Shown one piece after another: positions 34,004 through 43,450 of a stretch of 43,450 bases of DNA; within the stretch, counting starts at the first letter, position 1, and every line of letters begins with the position of its first letter. Under the pieces are notes generated by a model that searched no databases, was not told the origin of the DNA, and worked only from the letters and a program-made list of their open reading frames with translations. The stretch is from positions 1-43,450 of IMG/VR virus record IMGVR_UViG_3300032280_000294, one strand, 5' to 3'. Position numbers and translations under genes: made by a program. The DNA is from a virus. Its lineage: Duplodnaviria; Caudoviricetes.

Positions 34004-36523
34004 ATGAGACAGATCAATTCTCCAGGCGTAACTATTAAAGAAACTGACCTTTCCCAGTTTGCTACTACGGGTGGTGCAACACGTATCCTTGCCATGGGAT
34101 ATGCCCCTCAGGGTCCAACTGATGAAGTTCTTACAATATCAACAATATCTGAATTTGAACAAATTTACGGTACCCCTCAAACCCCTGCTGAAAGATATTT
34201 TTATCACACCGGTAGACAGGTCTTAAACTCCCCTGCTACTCTTTTAGCAAGCCGATTACCATATGGTCCTGATACAGGCGCCGGTTTTAGTAAGTCTTAT
34301 TCTGCTCTTGTATATCCTGCAGCTTCTGCTACCAATACATTCACTTTACAGGCCCCTGTGCACGTCACATTATCTGAGAACGATTATAATGACATTATTC
34401 AGGGTAACATTACATGGATAAACAGAGGCTACAACACTATTACATCCGGTACATCTGCTAATGGATTTAATCTTACATCTGTTTTCGTACCTTCATTATC
34501 TTCTCCTACTTACAATGGTTTCGCTGGTTTAAGTGCCGTAAGTAACTGCTCCCTTTCGAGTGTTTTATATTACGCTATTGACCCTACTCAGATTACACTC
34601 ACTAATGTAGTTTCTTCGTACTTTATCGCTAATACAGAAAACCGCAATGCTGTTACAGATACAACATATCTTAGTTCCGGTACTGGTTGGTTCGGTATTA
34701 ATACAGGTCTTAAAGGTGAGACATTCTACGTTAAGAGTTTATCAGCGGGTTCGAGCGTTGTTGCTTACTATCGTGGTGTAGTACCTACTGATAATTCTAC
34801 AACTATTAACTTAGTAGCTATTAGCTCAACTGATGTTACCAGCCCGGCTACCCGGTTCAATACAAACAGTAATACGTTTGAAAACGCCGGTGTTGTAATT
34901 CTTAATTCGAGCAAAACAACAGTTAATGAAAACTACGAAGGTTATTACATAGCCGTAACTGATAACAGCGGCTTTGGCCCTGAAACAGATTACACTGCTG
35001 TAACAACAATGTATTCGTTAACCAGCGATAGCGGTCTCTACGGTGTTAATTCTACAAGACTTGGTTTCTCGCTTTCTAGTTCTAAGGACGTCTTAGGTGT
35101 AAATAGTGTTTCTCAGGTTATCGAGTCCGCTCCTACTTACAACTTCAATGATAGCTATTACAATGATTCTGTTGTTGTAAGTGTATTCAAGGTACGCAGC
35201 TCAATTTACGAACCTCAGATACTTTCTTACTCCACAGCAGAGACATTCATCGGTTCGTTTAACCCCAACAAGAAGACAGTTGCCTCTTCTGGTGGTACAC
35301 AACGTTCTTATTACATACAAGACACTGTCAACAACAGCTCTAACAACATTAAGCTGTTTATTAATCCTGAAATTACACGTGGCACAAATTGGTTATCGAC
35401 GGGTGCTAATACACCCAACTATAGCGTACGTACAGATCGCGCCGAGAATGCACTCTTCCCTGTTGGTACATACGTACCGACTTATTCTTATACAGAAAGC
35501 AAGAATGTTGGTAACGTTTATCAGAAAGTAGATCGAGTTTTATCACTAGTAAACTCACCTGAAACCGTTGCTATCGATATTATTACTGATGGTGGTTTAT
35601 CGACAGTATATGCAAATACTACCGGTAACGCTTCTTTTGATGATACAATTTATCAAAATATAAGCACATTGAGAAGCTCAGAAGACAGTGCAATTCAGCG
35701 CTGTAAAACAATACACACTCTGTTTGATACATTTGTAAGCGAAACACGTAAAGATTGCGTATTCATTGCTGACCCGCTTCGTCAAATATTTGTAAATGGT
35801 GCTGTTTCTAAGACACTGTCTGATAGAAATAATACCTATACAACCAACATTTACGGCCCGCTAAAGAATCTCTTCGGTGGACTCAACAGTAACTATTCAG
35901 TAACGTATGGTAACTGGGTCAAGGTTTACGATCAGTTCTCCGATACACAGTCTTATGTACCGTTCTCAGGCTTTGCAGCTGCAGCTTATGCTACTACTGA
36001 CACAGTAGCTAACCCATGGGTAGCACCTGCCGGTTTAACACGTGGTGTTATTCGTGGTATTACGGACATCGCCTTCAATCCTAATCAAAAGCAAAGAGAT
36101 GATTTCTATACAATCTCCGTTAATCCAATTGTATTCTTCTCTGGAGATGGTTATGTTATCTTCGGTCAGAAGACACTTCAGACAAGACCTTCTGCTTTCG
36201 ATAGAATTAACGTCCGTAGGTTGTTCTTAACCTTAGAGCGTGCCACACAGAGTGCTCTCAGATATTTCGTATTTGAACCTAATACAGGCTTCACACGCAC
36301 ACGTCTTATCAATACGATAACACCAATATTTGAAACAGCTAAAAACACTGAAGGTTTATACGATTACTTGATCGTATGTGATGAACGTAACAACACCCCT
36401 GATGTTATTGATGAAAATACATTAGCTGTTGATATATACATCAAACCTGTACGTGCTGCTGAGTACATCTTAGTTAACTTTATTGCGACACGTACTGGAC
36501 AAAACTTCCAGGAGCTTCTCTAA
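34004..36523 (+). CDS. 18: Tail sheath protein gp18
   Basis: SPGVTIKETDLS, GP.DE, PWVAPAGLTRG, GQKTLQ..PSAFDRINVRRLF, FVFEPN, IYIKPVRAAEYI. Confidence 0.96.
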   Translation: MRQINSPGVTIKETDLSQFATTGGATRILAMGYAPQGPTDEVLTISTISEFEQIYGTPQTPAERYFYHTGRQVLNSPATLLASRLPYGPDTGAGFSKSYSALVYPAASATNTFTLQAPVHVTLSENDYNDIIQGNITWINRGYNTITSGTSANGFNLTSVFVPSLSSPTYNGFAGLSAVSNCSLSSVLYYAIDPTQITLTNVVSSYFIANTENRNAVTDTTYLSSGTGWFGINTGLKGETFYVKSLSAGSSVVAYYRGVVPTDNSTTINLVAISSTDVTSPATRFNTNSNTFENAGVVILNSSKTTVNENYEGYYIAVTDNSGFGPETDYTAVTTMYSLTSDSGLYGVNSTRLGFSLSSSKDVLGVNSVSQVIESAPTYNFNDSYYNDSVVVSVFKVRSSIYEPQILSYSTAETFIGSFNPNKKTVASSGGTQRSYYIQDTVNNSSNNIKLFINPEITRGTNWLSTGANTPNYSVRTDRAENALFPVGTYVPTYSYTESKNVGNVYQKVDRVLSLVNSPETVAIDIITDGGLSTVYANTTGNASFDDTIYQNISTLRSSEDSAIQRCKTIHTLFDTFVSETRKDCVFIADPLRQIFVNGAVSKTLSDRNNTYTTNIYGPLKNLFGGLNSNYSVTYGNWVKVYDQFSDTQSYVPFSGFAAAAYATTDTVANPWVAPAGLTRGVIRGITDIAFNPNQKQRDDFYTISVNPIVFFSGDGYVIFGQKTLQTRPSAFDRINVRRLFLTLERATQSALRYFVFEPNTGFTRTRLINTITPIFETAKNTEGLYDYLIVCDERNNTPDVIDENTLAVDIYIKPVRAAEYILVNFIATRTGQNFQELL

Positions 36524-36529
36524 TAAATA
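36522..36529 (+). promoter_or_regulatory. T4-type late promoter for the tail tube
   Basis: AATAAATA 10 nt before ATG 36540. Confidence 0.55.
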
Positions 36530-36539
36530 ATTTAAACAT

Positions 36540-37115
36540 ATGGCACAAAACTTATCAAACTTCTATCAAACAGCCCGCGAAAGAGATTTCGCTCGCCAGT
36601 TCCAATTCCGCGTACAGGGTTTACAGGTTAATGGATTTGCTTTTTCAGAACAGGATCTTCTCTATGTAGAGACTGCCTCTTTACCGGCGCGCGCTATTAA
36701 CAACGTTCAGATCCCCTACATGGGATTAAACTTTAACGTCCCTGGTACAGCTCAGTACCCTGGCTCTGATAACTATGAAATAACATTCCGTTGTGATGCT
36801 AATTACAATATTCGCGCATTACTCGAATCTATTTCATTTGCTACGTTTGATGAGCAGTCTTCAACTGGTGACTTCAATACACCGAGACCTTCTTCTACAT
36901 TAACATTAGAATTGCTTGGTAATAGTCCTTCTGGTAATGTTAATTCAGTTAACAGTGTTGTTAAGACGTTAAATGCATCTAGAACATATACCCTTTACGG
37001 TGTTTATATCCGTCAGGTAGGTGCTGTTCAGTACAATATCGGTAATGCTGGAGATATCGTTAAGATACCTGCTACATTAGCTTATCAGTACTGGCAAGCC
37101 GGTACACCTAGCTAA
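36540..37115 (+). CDS. 19: Tail tube protein gp19
   Basis: FARQFQFRV, TASLPAR, IPYMG, ITFRCD..Y.IR, LAYQYW. Follows the sheath gene. Confidence 0.88.
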   Translation: MAQNLSNFYQTARERDFARQFQFRVQGLQVNGFAFSEQDLLYVETASLPARAINNVQIPYMGLNFNVPGTAQYPGSDNYEITFRCDANYNIRALLESISFATFDEQSSTGDFNTPRPSSTLTLELLGNSPSGNVNSVNSVVKTLNASRTYTLYGVYIRQVGAVQYNIGNAGDIVKIPATLAYQYWQAGTPS

Positions 37116-37158
37116 TACTTAAAAGTATTGAAGTCTATTATTAAATAATAGTAGACAT

Positions 37159-37917
37159 ATGAATAGCCCATTCTTCTTAAATGAAGTTTTACAGTCCCCT
37201 GTTGCTTCTTTATTTAAATCCCCTTTATGGGTCTTGAGATTTGAAAATGTCCCTGTAAACACTATCGCACAAATTAAAGCGTACGAACCCGGTGCTGCAT
37301 TTAGATGGGATATACAAAAGGGCATGGCCGCTGCTACGTCAGATGTATTTTTAAATACAGCTGGCTGTATGTTCGCACAATCAGTTAACATACCCGGTGA
37401 GCAAAACCTTTATACAGTTCAAGGATTAAATTACAATGGTTTTATTCGTGCGAAACTAGGACAAGGTAGACAGGATTTTAGCAATTTACAAATTACATTT
37501 TATGAATCTAATGTAAGTTTTGTTGATAATGTTTTACGGCCATGGACTATTATGACAGGTCATTTAGGTATGGTTCAGAGACCAGATAAGCCATATAAAA
37601 CAAAATTAATTGTCTACCGTTTAGGTAGAAATAAAAAAAGTAATTTAGAAAACCCAGGGCTTAACACACTTGAAGTTACTCAAGCATATTCATTTTTTGG
37701 TGTTTGTCCTATGGAAGTAAGAGATTATGAATTAAACTATACAGCACAGAGCTCCCCTATAAGAAGAGAGGTACAATTTTCTTTTGATTGGTATGACACG
37801 ACATCTGGTTTAGACAGTACAAATACGCAGCCTTTTGCTGAATCTACACCTATTATTAATGTAAGTACGCCTAGTTATAGAAGAGATAATCCTAAAGGGG
37901 TACGGTATACTAGATAA
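37159..37917 (+). CDS. 54: Baseplate tail tube initiator gp54-like (gp19 fold)
   Basis: AQSVNIPGE, LQITFYE, FFGVCP, VQFSFDWY. Confidence 0.6.
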   Translation: MNSPFFLNEVLQSPVASLFKSPLWVLRFENVPVNTIAQIKAYEPGAAFRWDIQKGMAAATSDVFLNTAGCMFAQSVNIPGEQNLYTVQGLNYNGFIRAKLGQGRQDFSNLQITFYESNVSFVDNVLRPWTIMTGHLGMVQRPDKPYKTKLIVYRLGRNKKSNLENPGLNTLEVTQAYSFFGVCPMEVRDYELNYTAQSSPIRREVQFSFDWYDTTSGLDSTNTQPFAESTPIINVSTPSYRRDNPKGVRYTR

Positions 37918-38810
37918 TGAGCTTTTTAAATAAAATAACTTTAAATGATAAAAAGGTTATATATCAAGAATTAAAAGTTAAGCAGTATAAAAACATTTTA
38001 AAATGTTTGCTTGATGAAAGTCCTTCCCCAGATATTCTCTTTTTAAATCTTAATAAAATACTTTTAGAGTCTACTAATTTAACAACTAAAGAATTAGACG
38101 AGCTGGATGTTGTAGACTATATACGTTTATTTTGTATATTAAGAAAAGATAGTATTGGTAATATAGTGTACGCTACAATCACAAACCGGGAAAATACAAG
38201 ATTAGAAATAGATTTAAATGGTAGTATTAACTTAATAGAGTTGTTCAATAAAAAACAAATTGAAGATGTTTTCGAATTTGAAGATTGGAAAATTTATTTC
38301 GGGATACCAAAGATAAAAGATTTTTATATTTCAAGTAGAAATTTTTTTATTAGTAAAGTTTTTTATAAAGATGTTGAATTAAACATTTCTTTAGAAGAAG
38401 TATTAAAATTAATACCAGTAAAAATATTTGTTAAGATTACTCAAATTAGCGAAAAAATAAAAACAAAATTTAAAAAATTTTATTTCTATAAATCAGACAA
38501 TGGTAAGTATGACATTAATTTAAACCTCGATATTAAAGATGTTGTTTTTATTTTTCGGTTATTGTTTAATGATAACCTATTAAATTTTTACGAAACAATA
38601 TTTTCACTCAGTAAATATGCTAATATTACTCCGGAGTATTTAGAAAATTGTACGCCTGGTGAATATAGCATTTTTGCTAAACAACTCGAAAAGCAATTTA
38701 ATGTAAGTTCAGCTACATCATCTAAGCAATTTAATGAGGAACAATTCGTAAATGATATAGATCCTAATAAAGTATTCGGAGACTTTGGAAATAATGTTGC
38801 ATCTGAATAG
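37917..38810 (+). CDS. Baseplate hub assembly protein, gp26-like with gp51-like C-terminus
   Basis: LDVVDYIRLFCILRKDSIG is gp26-like. LLNFYETIFSL..YLENCTPGEYSIF is gp51-like. Confidence 0.6.
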   Translation: MSFLNKITLNDKKVIYQELKVKQYKNILKCLLDESPSPDILFLNLNKILLESTNLTTKELDELDVVDYIRLFCILRKDSIGNIVYATITNRENTRLEIDLNGSINLIELFNKKQIEDVFEFEDWKIYFGIPKIKDFYISSRNFFISKVFYKDVELNISLEEVLKLIPVKIFVKITQISEKIKTKFKKFYFYKSDNGKYDINLNLDIKDVVFIFRLLFNDNLLNFYETIFSLSKYANITPEYLENCTPGEYSIFAKQLEKQFNVSSATSSKQFNEEQFVNDIDPNKVFGDFGNNVASE

Positions 38811-38830
38811 TTTGTAACATAAATGTACAT

Positions 38831-39550
38831 ATGGGCAACAGCCATGAAATTTTAGATCTCATTGAGAAGATTAATATAAACAAAGCTTACGAAGTTTTTG
38901 TACCTTCCAAAAATAAAACGGTTAGTATTAAACCGTTAATTACTCAACAGCTCAAAAATCTCATTGAGAATACAGATCGATATCAATATTTTAATATTGG
39001 TTTTCACAACACATTGACTTCAATTATTATTAATAATATTGTCGATAATGTATATACAGCGAATGATCTAACAGAATTAGACAAAGCTTTTATCGCTTAC
39101 AATATAAGAGTAAGCGATATATCAAATATTTTTAATGATGAAGAAATTAAAAATATAAACGAAGTACCTGTTGAGATACCAAACCCGCTTGAAATAAATA
39201 CATACGACTTTGTTATTAACTGTAATATTCCTTCTCTAACACAAGAAGAAGAATGTAATCAAGCCATAACAAAACTTATTGAAGATAATGCAAATATAGA
39301 TACGAAGACTGTTGTTAGTCAGGTGTTTATATACGAAGTAGCAAAGTACATAACTAATCTAACTGTACAAGGACAAGTAGCTAACTGGGCAAATTTTAAC
39401 GAGAAAGCTCTTTTAGTATCTAAGTTGCCATTAAACATTGTATCAAAAATTATTGATTATATTGATAATGTTAAAAAGATATATAGTGTTATCTTTACCA
39501 CACCTGCAGGCAAAACCATACCATACGACATATCCCTGTTCCTTAGCTAA
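38831..39550 (+). CDS. 26: Baseplate hub subunit gp26-like
   Basis: YEVFVPSKNKTVSIKPL..K and LTELDKAFIAYNIR. Confidence 0.65.
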   Translation: MGNSHEILDLIEKININKAYEVFVPSKNKTVSIKPLITQQLKNLIENTDRYQYFNIGFHNTLTSIIINNIVDNVYTANDLTELDKAFIAYNIRVSDISNIFNDEEIKNINEVPVEIPNPLEINTYDFVINCNIPSLTQEEECNQAITKLIEDNANIDTKTVVSQVFIYEVAKYITNLTVQGQVANWANFNEKALLVSKLPLNIVSKIIDYIDNVKKIYSVIFTTPAGKTIPYDISLFLS

Positions 39551-39568
39551 TAAATAATATTAGCTACT

Positions 39569-41497
39569 ATGCCTGACCCTATTGCCGATATTTCCGGTAG
39601 TCTAACCTCCGGTTTAAACACTATTGCTATGTTGCTTAATCAAAGCAGAGAAAGCAAAGAGAGTAAAACACCGTCACTTACGTTAGAACAGTATAACAAC
39701 TATTTTAAAAAGATTGATGTTTTAACAGAGAAAGTTGAACAATCAAATAAGCAGATAGATAGGGTAAATTTAAATCTCGCAAGCTTGGTATCAGGGTTAT
39801 CAAATACTAATACTGTTTTAAGACAAATCTATGATTTTGTAAGTAAGCGTACACAACCTTTAACAACCCCACAGTTACCTGTAAACACCAATAATGCATT
39901 AGTTGAAGGAAATAATAGACAGCAACAACCTTTAGATTTAACACCTGCTGTAGTTAGAAAAGAACTAGCACCCTCTACTAATACATTTACATCCGTAGTG
40001 CCAGGGCAAAGCGAATTAACACAAGAAACTGAACAATTTTTTGAAAGTCAATCTATTAAAAAATTACTTGCTCTAGCAACAACACAAGCTGAAGGTATTA
40101 CAAGTATAGATAAAAACGTACATAAAATCTTAAAAAAATTAGGCAATGACGAAGATAGTATAACTACAAAACAAGCAGGTGGCGGAGGAGTGTTAGGAGC
40201 TTTAGAGGCATTAGCATTATACGAATTAATGCGACGAGCTTTAGCTGATAAAAATAAACCACCTGCTGAACCACCTGCTGAACCCCCACCTGCCGGCAGC
40301 CGCGGTAAAATACCAACAGGTGGGCTTCCGCCAGAAAGAGTACAACTTATACAGCCTGAATTACCAGCTAGTACACGTCCTGCGTTAGACTATAAAAATA
40401 GTATGGCAGAAAGACCTACTTTGCCAAAACCAGCAAATGCTAGTGAAGTATCTCCCTCCGGAGAAGGAACACCTGAGCCATTTGAAGTACTACCACCTGA
40501 AGCAGAGCCAGCACCTACCGGAAAAACACCTGCAGGTAGTGCAGCAAGTAACACAGCTAAGACAGTTAGTGATGAAGCTAAAGCACTTGCAAGCCTTAAA
40601 GCAGCGAAGTATATAAAAGGTCTAGGGTGGGCGAGTTTATTAGTTACAGGGGGTCTAGAGGCTATGGAGGCTAACAAAGACTATAAAGATATAGAAGAAA
40701 GAGAAAAATTAGGCAAATTATCTCAACAACAAGCTTTAGGGGAAAAAGGACAAATGCTTGGTGAACGCGGAGGTACCTGGGGAACCGGTGCTTTAATAGG
40801 TACTGCCGCAGCAGGAGCTGCGGGAGTAGGTCTTGCTGCTCTATCCGCCCCTGTTTGGTTGGCAGCACTCGGGACATTAGCAGCTGGTGGTCTGGCTGTA
40901 GGAGCCGCGGACTTGATGGGGCTGACAAAAGGGTCTGGTAAACTAATTGGTGGTGCGAGCAAAGCAATTACACCATGGGCTTATGATACGTTTAGTAATG
41001 ATAAAGACAAAGGTAAAGATGAAAAACCTGTAGATCCTTATGGTGTTGATAGACCACAGGGAGACGGTTTCTACAATCCTAGAATACAAAAAGAAAGATA
41101 TAAAAATTACAGACCTGAAAGCTTTGAATCAAAAGGTGGAGAATTTAAGCCATCAGATTCCGGTACTTTTAAACCTGCTCCCACTGAACAATTACAAAAA
41201 TTAGTTATTGAACAACCTAAAGAAGCTACATTATCTTTAAAAGAAATTGCTGACCAAGGATCTACTGCTATTAAAAAATACGATGGTATGATTGATGCAC
41301 TCGGTATGCTTACAAACGCACTATTAACAAATAGTGGTAATAATGACCAAGCTATAGCTAACATACAAGCCCAACTTAATGCCGCTCGTAGTGCTCAACC
41401 TGCAGGCGGACCTAACAACTCTAGCGAACAAGTAGATATATCTGAAACTTCTGTACCTATCGGTATACCGACAATGAGACAAAAATTTAACAATTAA
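39569..41497 (+). CDS. Tape-measure/baseplate hub protein (gp29-like)
   Basis: 642 aa with an N-terminal coiled coil, a Pro-rich linker and Gly/Ala-rich hydrophobic segments. Lies between gp26-like and gp48-like genes. TAAATA at 39551. Confidence 0.55.
   Translation: MPDPIADISGSLTSGLNTIAMLLNQSRESKESKTPSLTLEQYNNYFKKIDVLTEKVEQSNKQIDRVNLNLASLVSGLSNTNTVLRQIYDFVSKRTQPLTTPQLPVNTNNALVEGNNRQQQPLDLTPAVVRKELAPSTNTFTSVVPGQSELTQETEQFFESQSIKKLLALATTQAEGITSIDKNVHKILKKLGNDEDSITTKQAGGGGVLGALEALALYELMRRALADKNKPPAEPPAEPPPAGSRGKIPTGGLPPERVQLIQPELPASTRPALDYKNSMAERPTLPKPANASEVSPSGEGTPEPFEVLPPEAEPAPTGKTPAGSAASNTAKTVSDEAKALASLKAAKYIKGLGWASLLVTGGLEAMEANKDYKDIEEREKLGKLSQQQALGEKGQMLGERGGTWGTGALIGTAAAGAAGVGLAALSAPVWLAALGTLAAGGLAVGAADLMGLTKGSGKLIGGASKAITPWAYDTFSNDKDKGKDEKPVDPYGVDRPQGDGFYNPRIQKERYKNYRPESFESKGGEFKPSDSGTFKPAPTEQLQKLVIEQPKEATLSLKEIADQGSTAIKKYDGMIDALGMLTNALLTNSGNNDQAIANIQAQLNAARSAQPAGGPNNSSEQVDISETSVPIGIPTMRQKFNN
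40259..40282 (+). repeat. 12-nt in-frame tandem duplication (PPAE x2)
   Basis: CCACCTGCTGAA repeated twice. Confidence 0.8.
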
Positions 41498-41506
41498 ATA
41501 TTATAA

Positions 41507-42784
41507 ATGGCTGATGTAATTCTCACAGGTAGTAATTTTCTTAATGGTGTCTCAACAGACGCTTCGGGTAATTCTCTACCTGGAGCTACCACTGCAGCCC
41601 CTACTTTTAATAATGCTCAAAATTTTAGGGATTTAAATATTAGCTCTCCTATTTTTAACGGGAACCCAAATATTATACCTAACCCTAATAATCAAATAAA
41701 TACTACGTTTGATGCCGGTACAACCTTACCAGAAGAAGATATAGAACCTTGGGCTGTAAATACTGGAATTGCACGAGGTTTAAAACAAGGCGAGACACAC
41801 GATGTTGTTAATAACTATTGGTGGACTTTAACACCAAAAACATCTCCAGACGGAGGTGGGCCCCACCCAGCTCGCCTCGAAACACCAACCATTAAATTAA
41901 GAGAATTTAAAACAGTAAGATCTGCTCTTACAAGAGCGTTTGACTTTTATAAAGGTACAGCAGTACAACTCGGTGCCTCTAGTGATAATGATGAATTAAG
42001 AGCTACAAAAGTTAATATTAATGATTTATATGGTTATTATAGCCCCATATCTGGAGCAAGTAGAGATCTTAACCGTACATACATATTACCATATTTTGCT
42101 GATAGCTATTTCGATATACAAAGCTCGTATAGTGATTTTGCTCGACAAATGATTGAAGGAGCTGCTGGTGTTATAAAATCAGGTTTTGGTATAGCGGGTA
42201 ACCTTTTAGGTACTGCAGGAGGTGCGATTGCCGGAAAAGGTAATTTAGCTATTATGGGACAGGGTAGCGCTATAGGTAGTTCAGTAGGAGGAAGTGTAGG
42301 GAGTATGTTAATGGCTATATACGCTATGAACGCTTTAGGTGCCGGAGGTGTTGAAAATTTAATTAAAGCTGTAACTCAATCCCCACGAGCCGGATTTATC
42401 GACCAGCCATTAACATGGAATACTTCTACTCAGAAAACATTTAATATTACTTTTCCTCTCTTTAATAATTACGGAGATGATGCTTTTAATAATTGGAGAT
42501 TGATATGGGAATTAACATACGCAAATTCCTTTAATAAGGCGACAGCTATTACTTCTGAACCTCCTTACTTTTACGAAGTAACAATACCTAATCAATACTA
42601 TACACCAGCCGCGTATGTTAGTAACATTACAGTTAAAAATTTAGGTAATCAAAGACTTATTAAAAATTATATTATACCAGATGCTTGGTTAGTTAGTCTT
42701 ACATTAGTAGACTTCTTTGTACCGAGTAAAAATTTAATGAGACAGGCTTTTGATGGACTTGGTAGTAGAATTAACGCTTCATAG
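41507..42784 (+). CDS. Baseplate tail tube cap gp48-like
   Basis: Gly-rich middle, then KTFNITFPLFN, PP, AYVSNITV, VSLTL. Directly before gp53-like. Confidence 0.5.
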   Translation: MADVILTGSNFLNGVSTDASGNSLPGATTAAPTFNNAQNFRDLNISSPIFNGNPNIIPNPNNQINTTFDAGTTLPEEDIEPWAVNTGIARGLKQGETHDVVNNYWWTLTPKTSPDGGGPHPARLETPTIKLREFKTVRSALTRAFDFYKGTAVQLGASSDNDELRATKVNINDLYGYYSPISGASRDLNRTYILPYFADSYFDIQSSYSDFARQMIEGAAGVIKSGFGIAGNLLGTAGGAIAGKGNLAIMGQGSAIGSSVGGSVGSMLMAIYAMNALGAGGVENLIKAVTQSPRAGFIDQPLTWNTSTQKTFNITFPLFNNYGDDAFNNWRLIWELTYANSFNKATAITSEPPYFYEVTIPNQYYTPAAYVSNITVKNLGNQRLIKNYIIPDAWLVSLTLVDFFVPSKNLMRQAFDGLGSRINAS

Positions 42785-42786
42785 TT

Positions 42787-43134
42787 ATGAAACAGAACGA
42801 CATAAAAGATTTACCTAATTTAGATATTGAAAATTACGAAAACATTTTTAATGTTTATCAAGACGAAAATGATGTTTATTTTTACAACCTTCTCAATAAG
42901 ATTGTATTTCCGGATAATCTCCCTGTTTCCTACTTCATACAATACGTTACTAACCAAGGCGACACATATCCATACATTTCATATAAAACCCTGGGATCCC
43001 CAAATCTCTGGTGGGTAATAGCACTTGCAAACAATATTGATAACCCCACAGCATTACCTGAACCCGGAACAGTTTTAAGAGTACCGTCAATAGGGGTTGT
43101 ACAGACAATACTTGAGCAGATAAGTACACGTTAA
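42787..43134 (+). CDS. 53: Baseplate wedge subunit gp53-like (LysM)
   Basis: GDTYPYISYKTLGSPNLWWVIALANNIDNP..GTVLRVP. Confidence 0.8.
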   Translation: MKQNDIKDLPNLDIENYENIFNVYQDENDVYFYNLLNKIVFPDNLPVSYFIQYVTNQGDTYPYISYKTLGSPNLWWVIALANNIDNPTALPEPGTVLRVPSIGVVQTILEQISTR

Positions 43135-43135
43135 T

Positions 43136-43450
43136 ATGGCCAATAATAATGAGCTAGTATTTAATAACAGAGGTACAACAGGTAATGCTGTAGATTTTAC
43201 ATATAGCAATCAGCTGTTTAGTACTAAGTTCGTACTGTTCAACGGTCAACAAAAATTCACTATACCTCCTAATCTTGTAACGCGTTTACAAATAGATGAA
43301 TCTTTATCTGATTGGGTTGTAAAAGGCTCAATGACTTTAATATACGACTTTGGTTCTGTAGAAAATGAAAAATTAAATCCCTCCAATAACTATATTTTTA
43401 GAAATGATGGTTTAGATATTTTAGAAATAGATATACGGCCTAAGGACCCA
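43136..43450 (+). CDS. Partial baseplate hub protein (gp27-like?), runs off the right edge
   Basis: Not in the ORF track. Hand translation gives MANNNELVF..LQIDESLSDWVVKGSMTLIYD, open to the window end. Confidence 0.5.
   Translation, partial: MANNNELVFNNRGTTGNAVDFTYSNQLFSTKFVLFNGQQKFTIPPNLVTRLQIDESLSDWVVKGSMTLIYDFGSVENEKLNPSNNYIFRNDGLDILEIDIRPKDP

Noticed and set aside
40390-41364. Several antisense ORFs within the tape-measure-like gene
   Set aside because: By-products of locally GC-richer Gly/Ala/Pro codons.
1-43450. Stop-codon reassignment, introns or inteins in core genes, tRNA genes
   Set aside because: gp43, gp41, gp17, uvsX and gp46 are uninterrupted and of normal length in the standard code. 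Intergenic gaps are too short or lack tRNA-like structure by eye.

Overview
This is a 43-kb, AT-rich, densely coding segment of a T4-like (Tevenvirinae-superfamily-type) myophage genome. It reads in the standard genetic code. A short leftward block (1-2326) holds a Dps-like gene, small putative head proteins, a Cys/His-repeat protein and a GIY-YIG nuclease. A long rightward arm follows: uvsY, uvsW, late sigma gp55, gp47, an 8.5-kb translationally coupled block of about 9 glycosyltransferase-like genes plus a methyltransferase, gp46, another GT-B enzyme, DNA polymerase gp43, a 7-deazaguanine DNA-modification cassette (DpdA/TGT-like, PurN-like formyltransferase, NMP-kinase-like, QueF, with FolE2 further on), uvsX, gp41, gp59-like, gp32, a hairpin-controlled GIY-YIG homing endonuclease, gp45, terminase gp17, and tail/baseplate genes (gp3, 18, 19, 54, 26/51, 26, tape-measure-like, 48-like, 53, partial hub). 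The strongest candidates for new biology are (i) a possibly pre-replicative formyl-preQ1 pathway next to the polymerase, (ii) a very large glycosylation operon that splits gp47 from gp46, and (iii) a near-leaderless expression architecture with two promoter classes sitting 5-14 nt from start codons. All calls come from motif recognition by eye. No database searches were run. I saw no tRNA, rRNA or CRISPR array.
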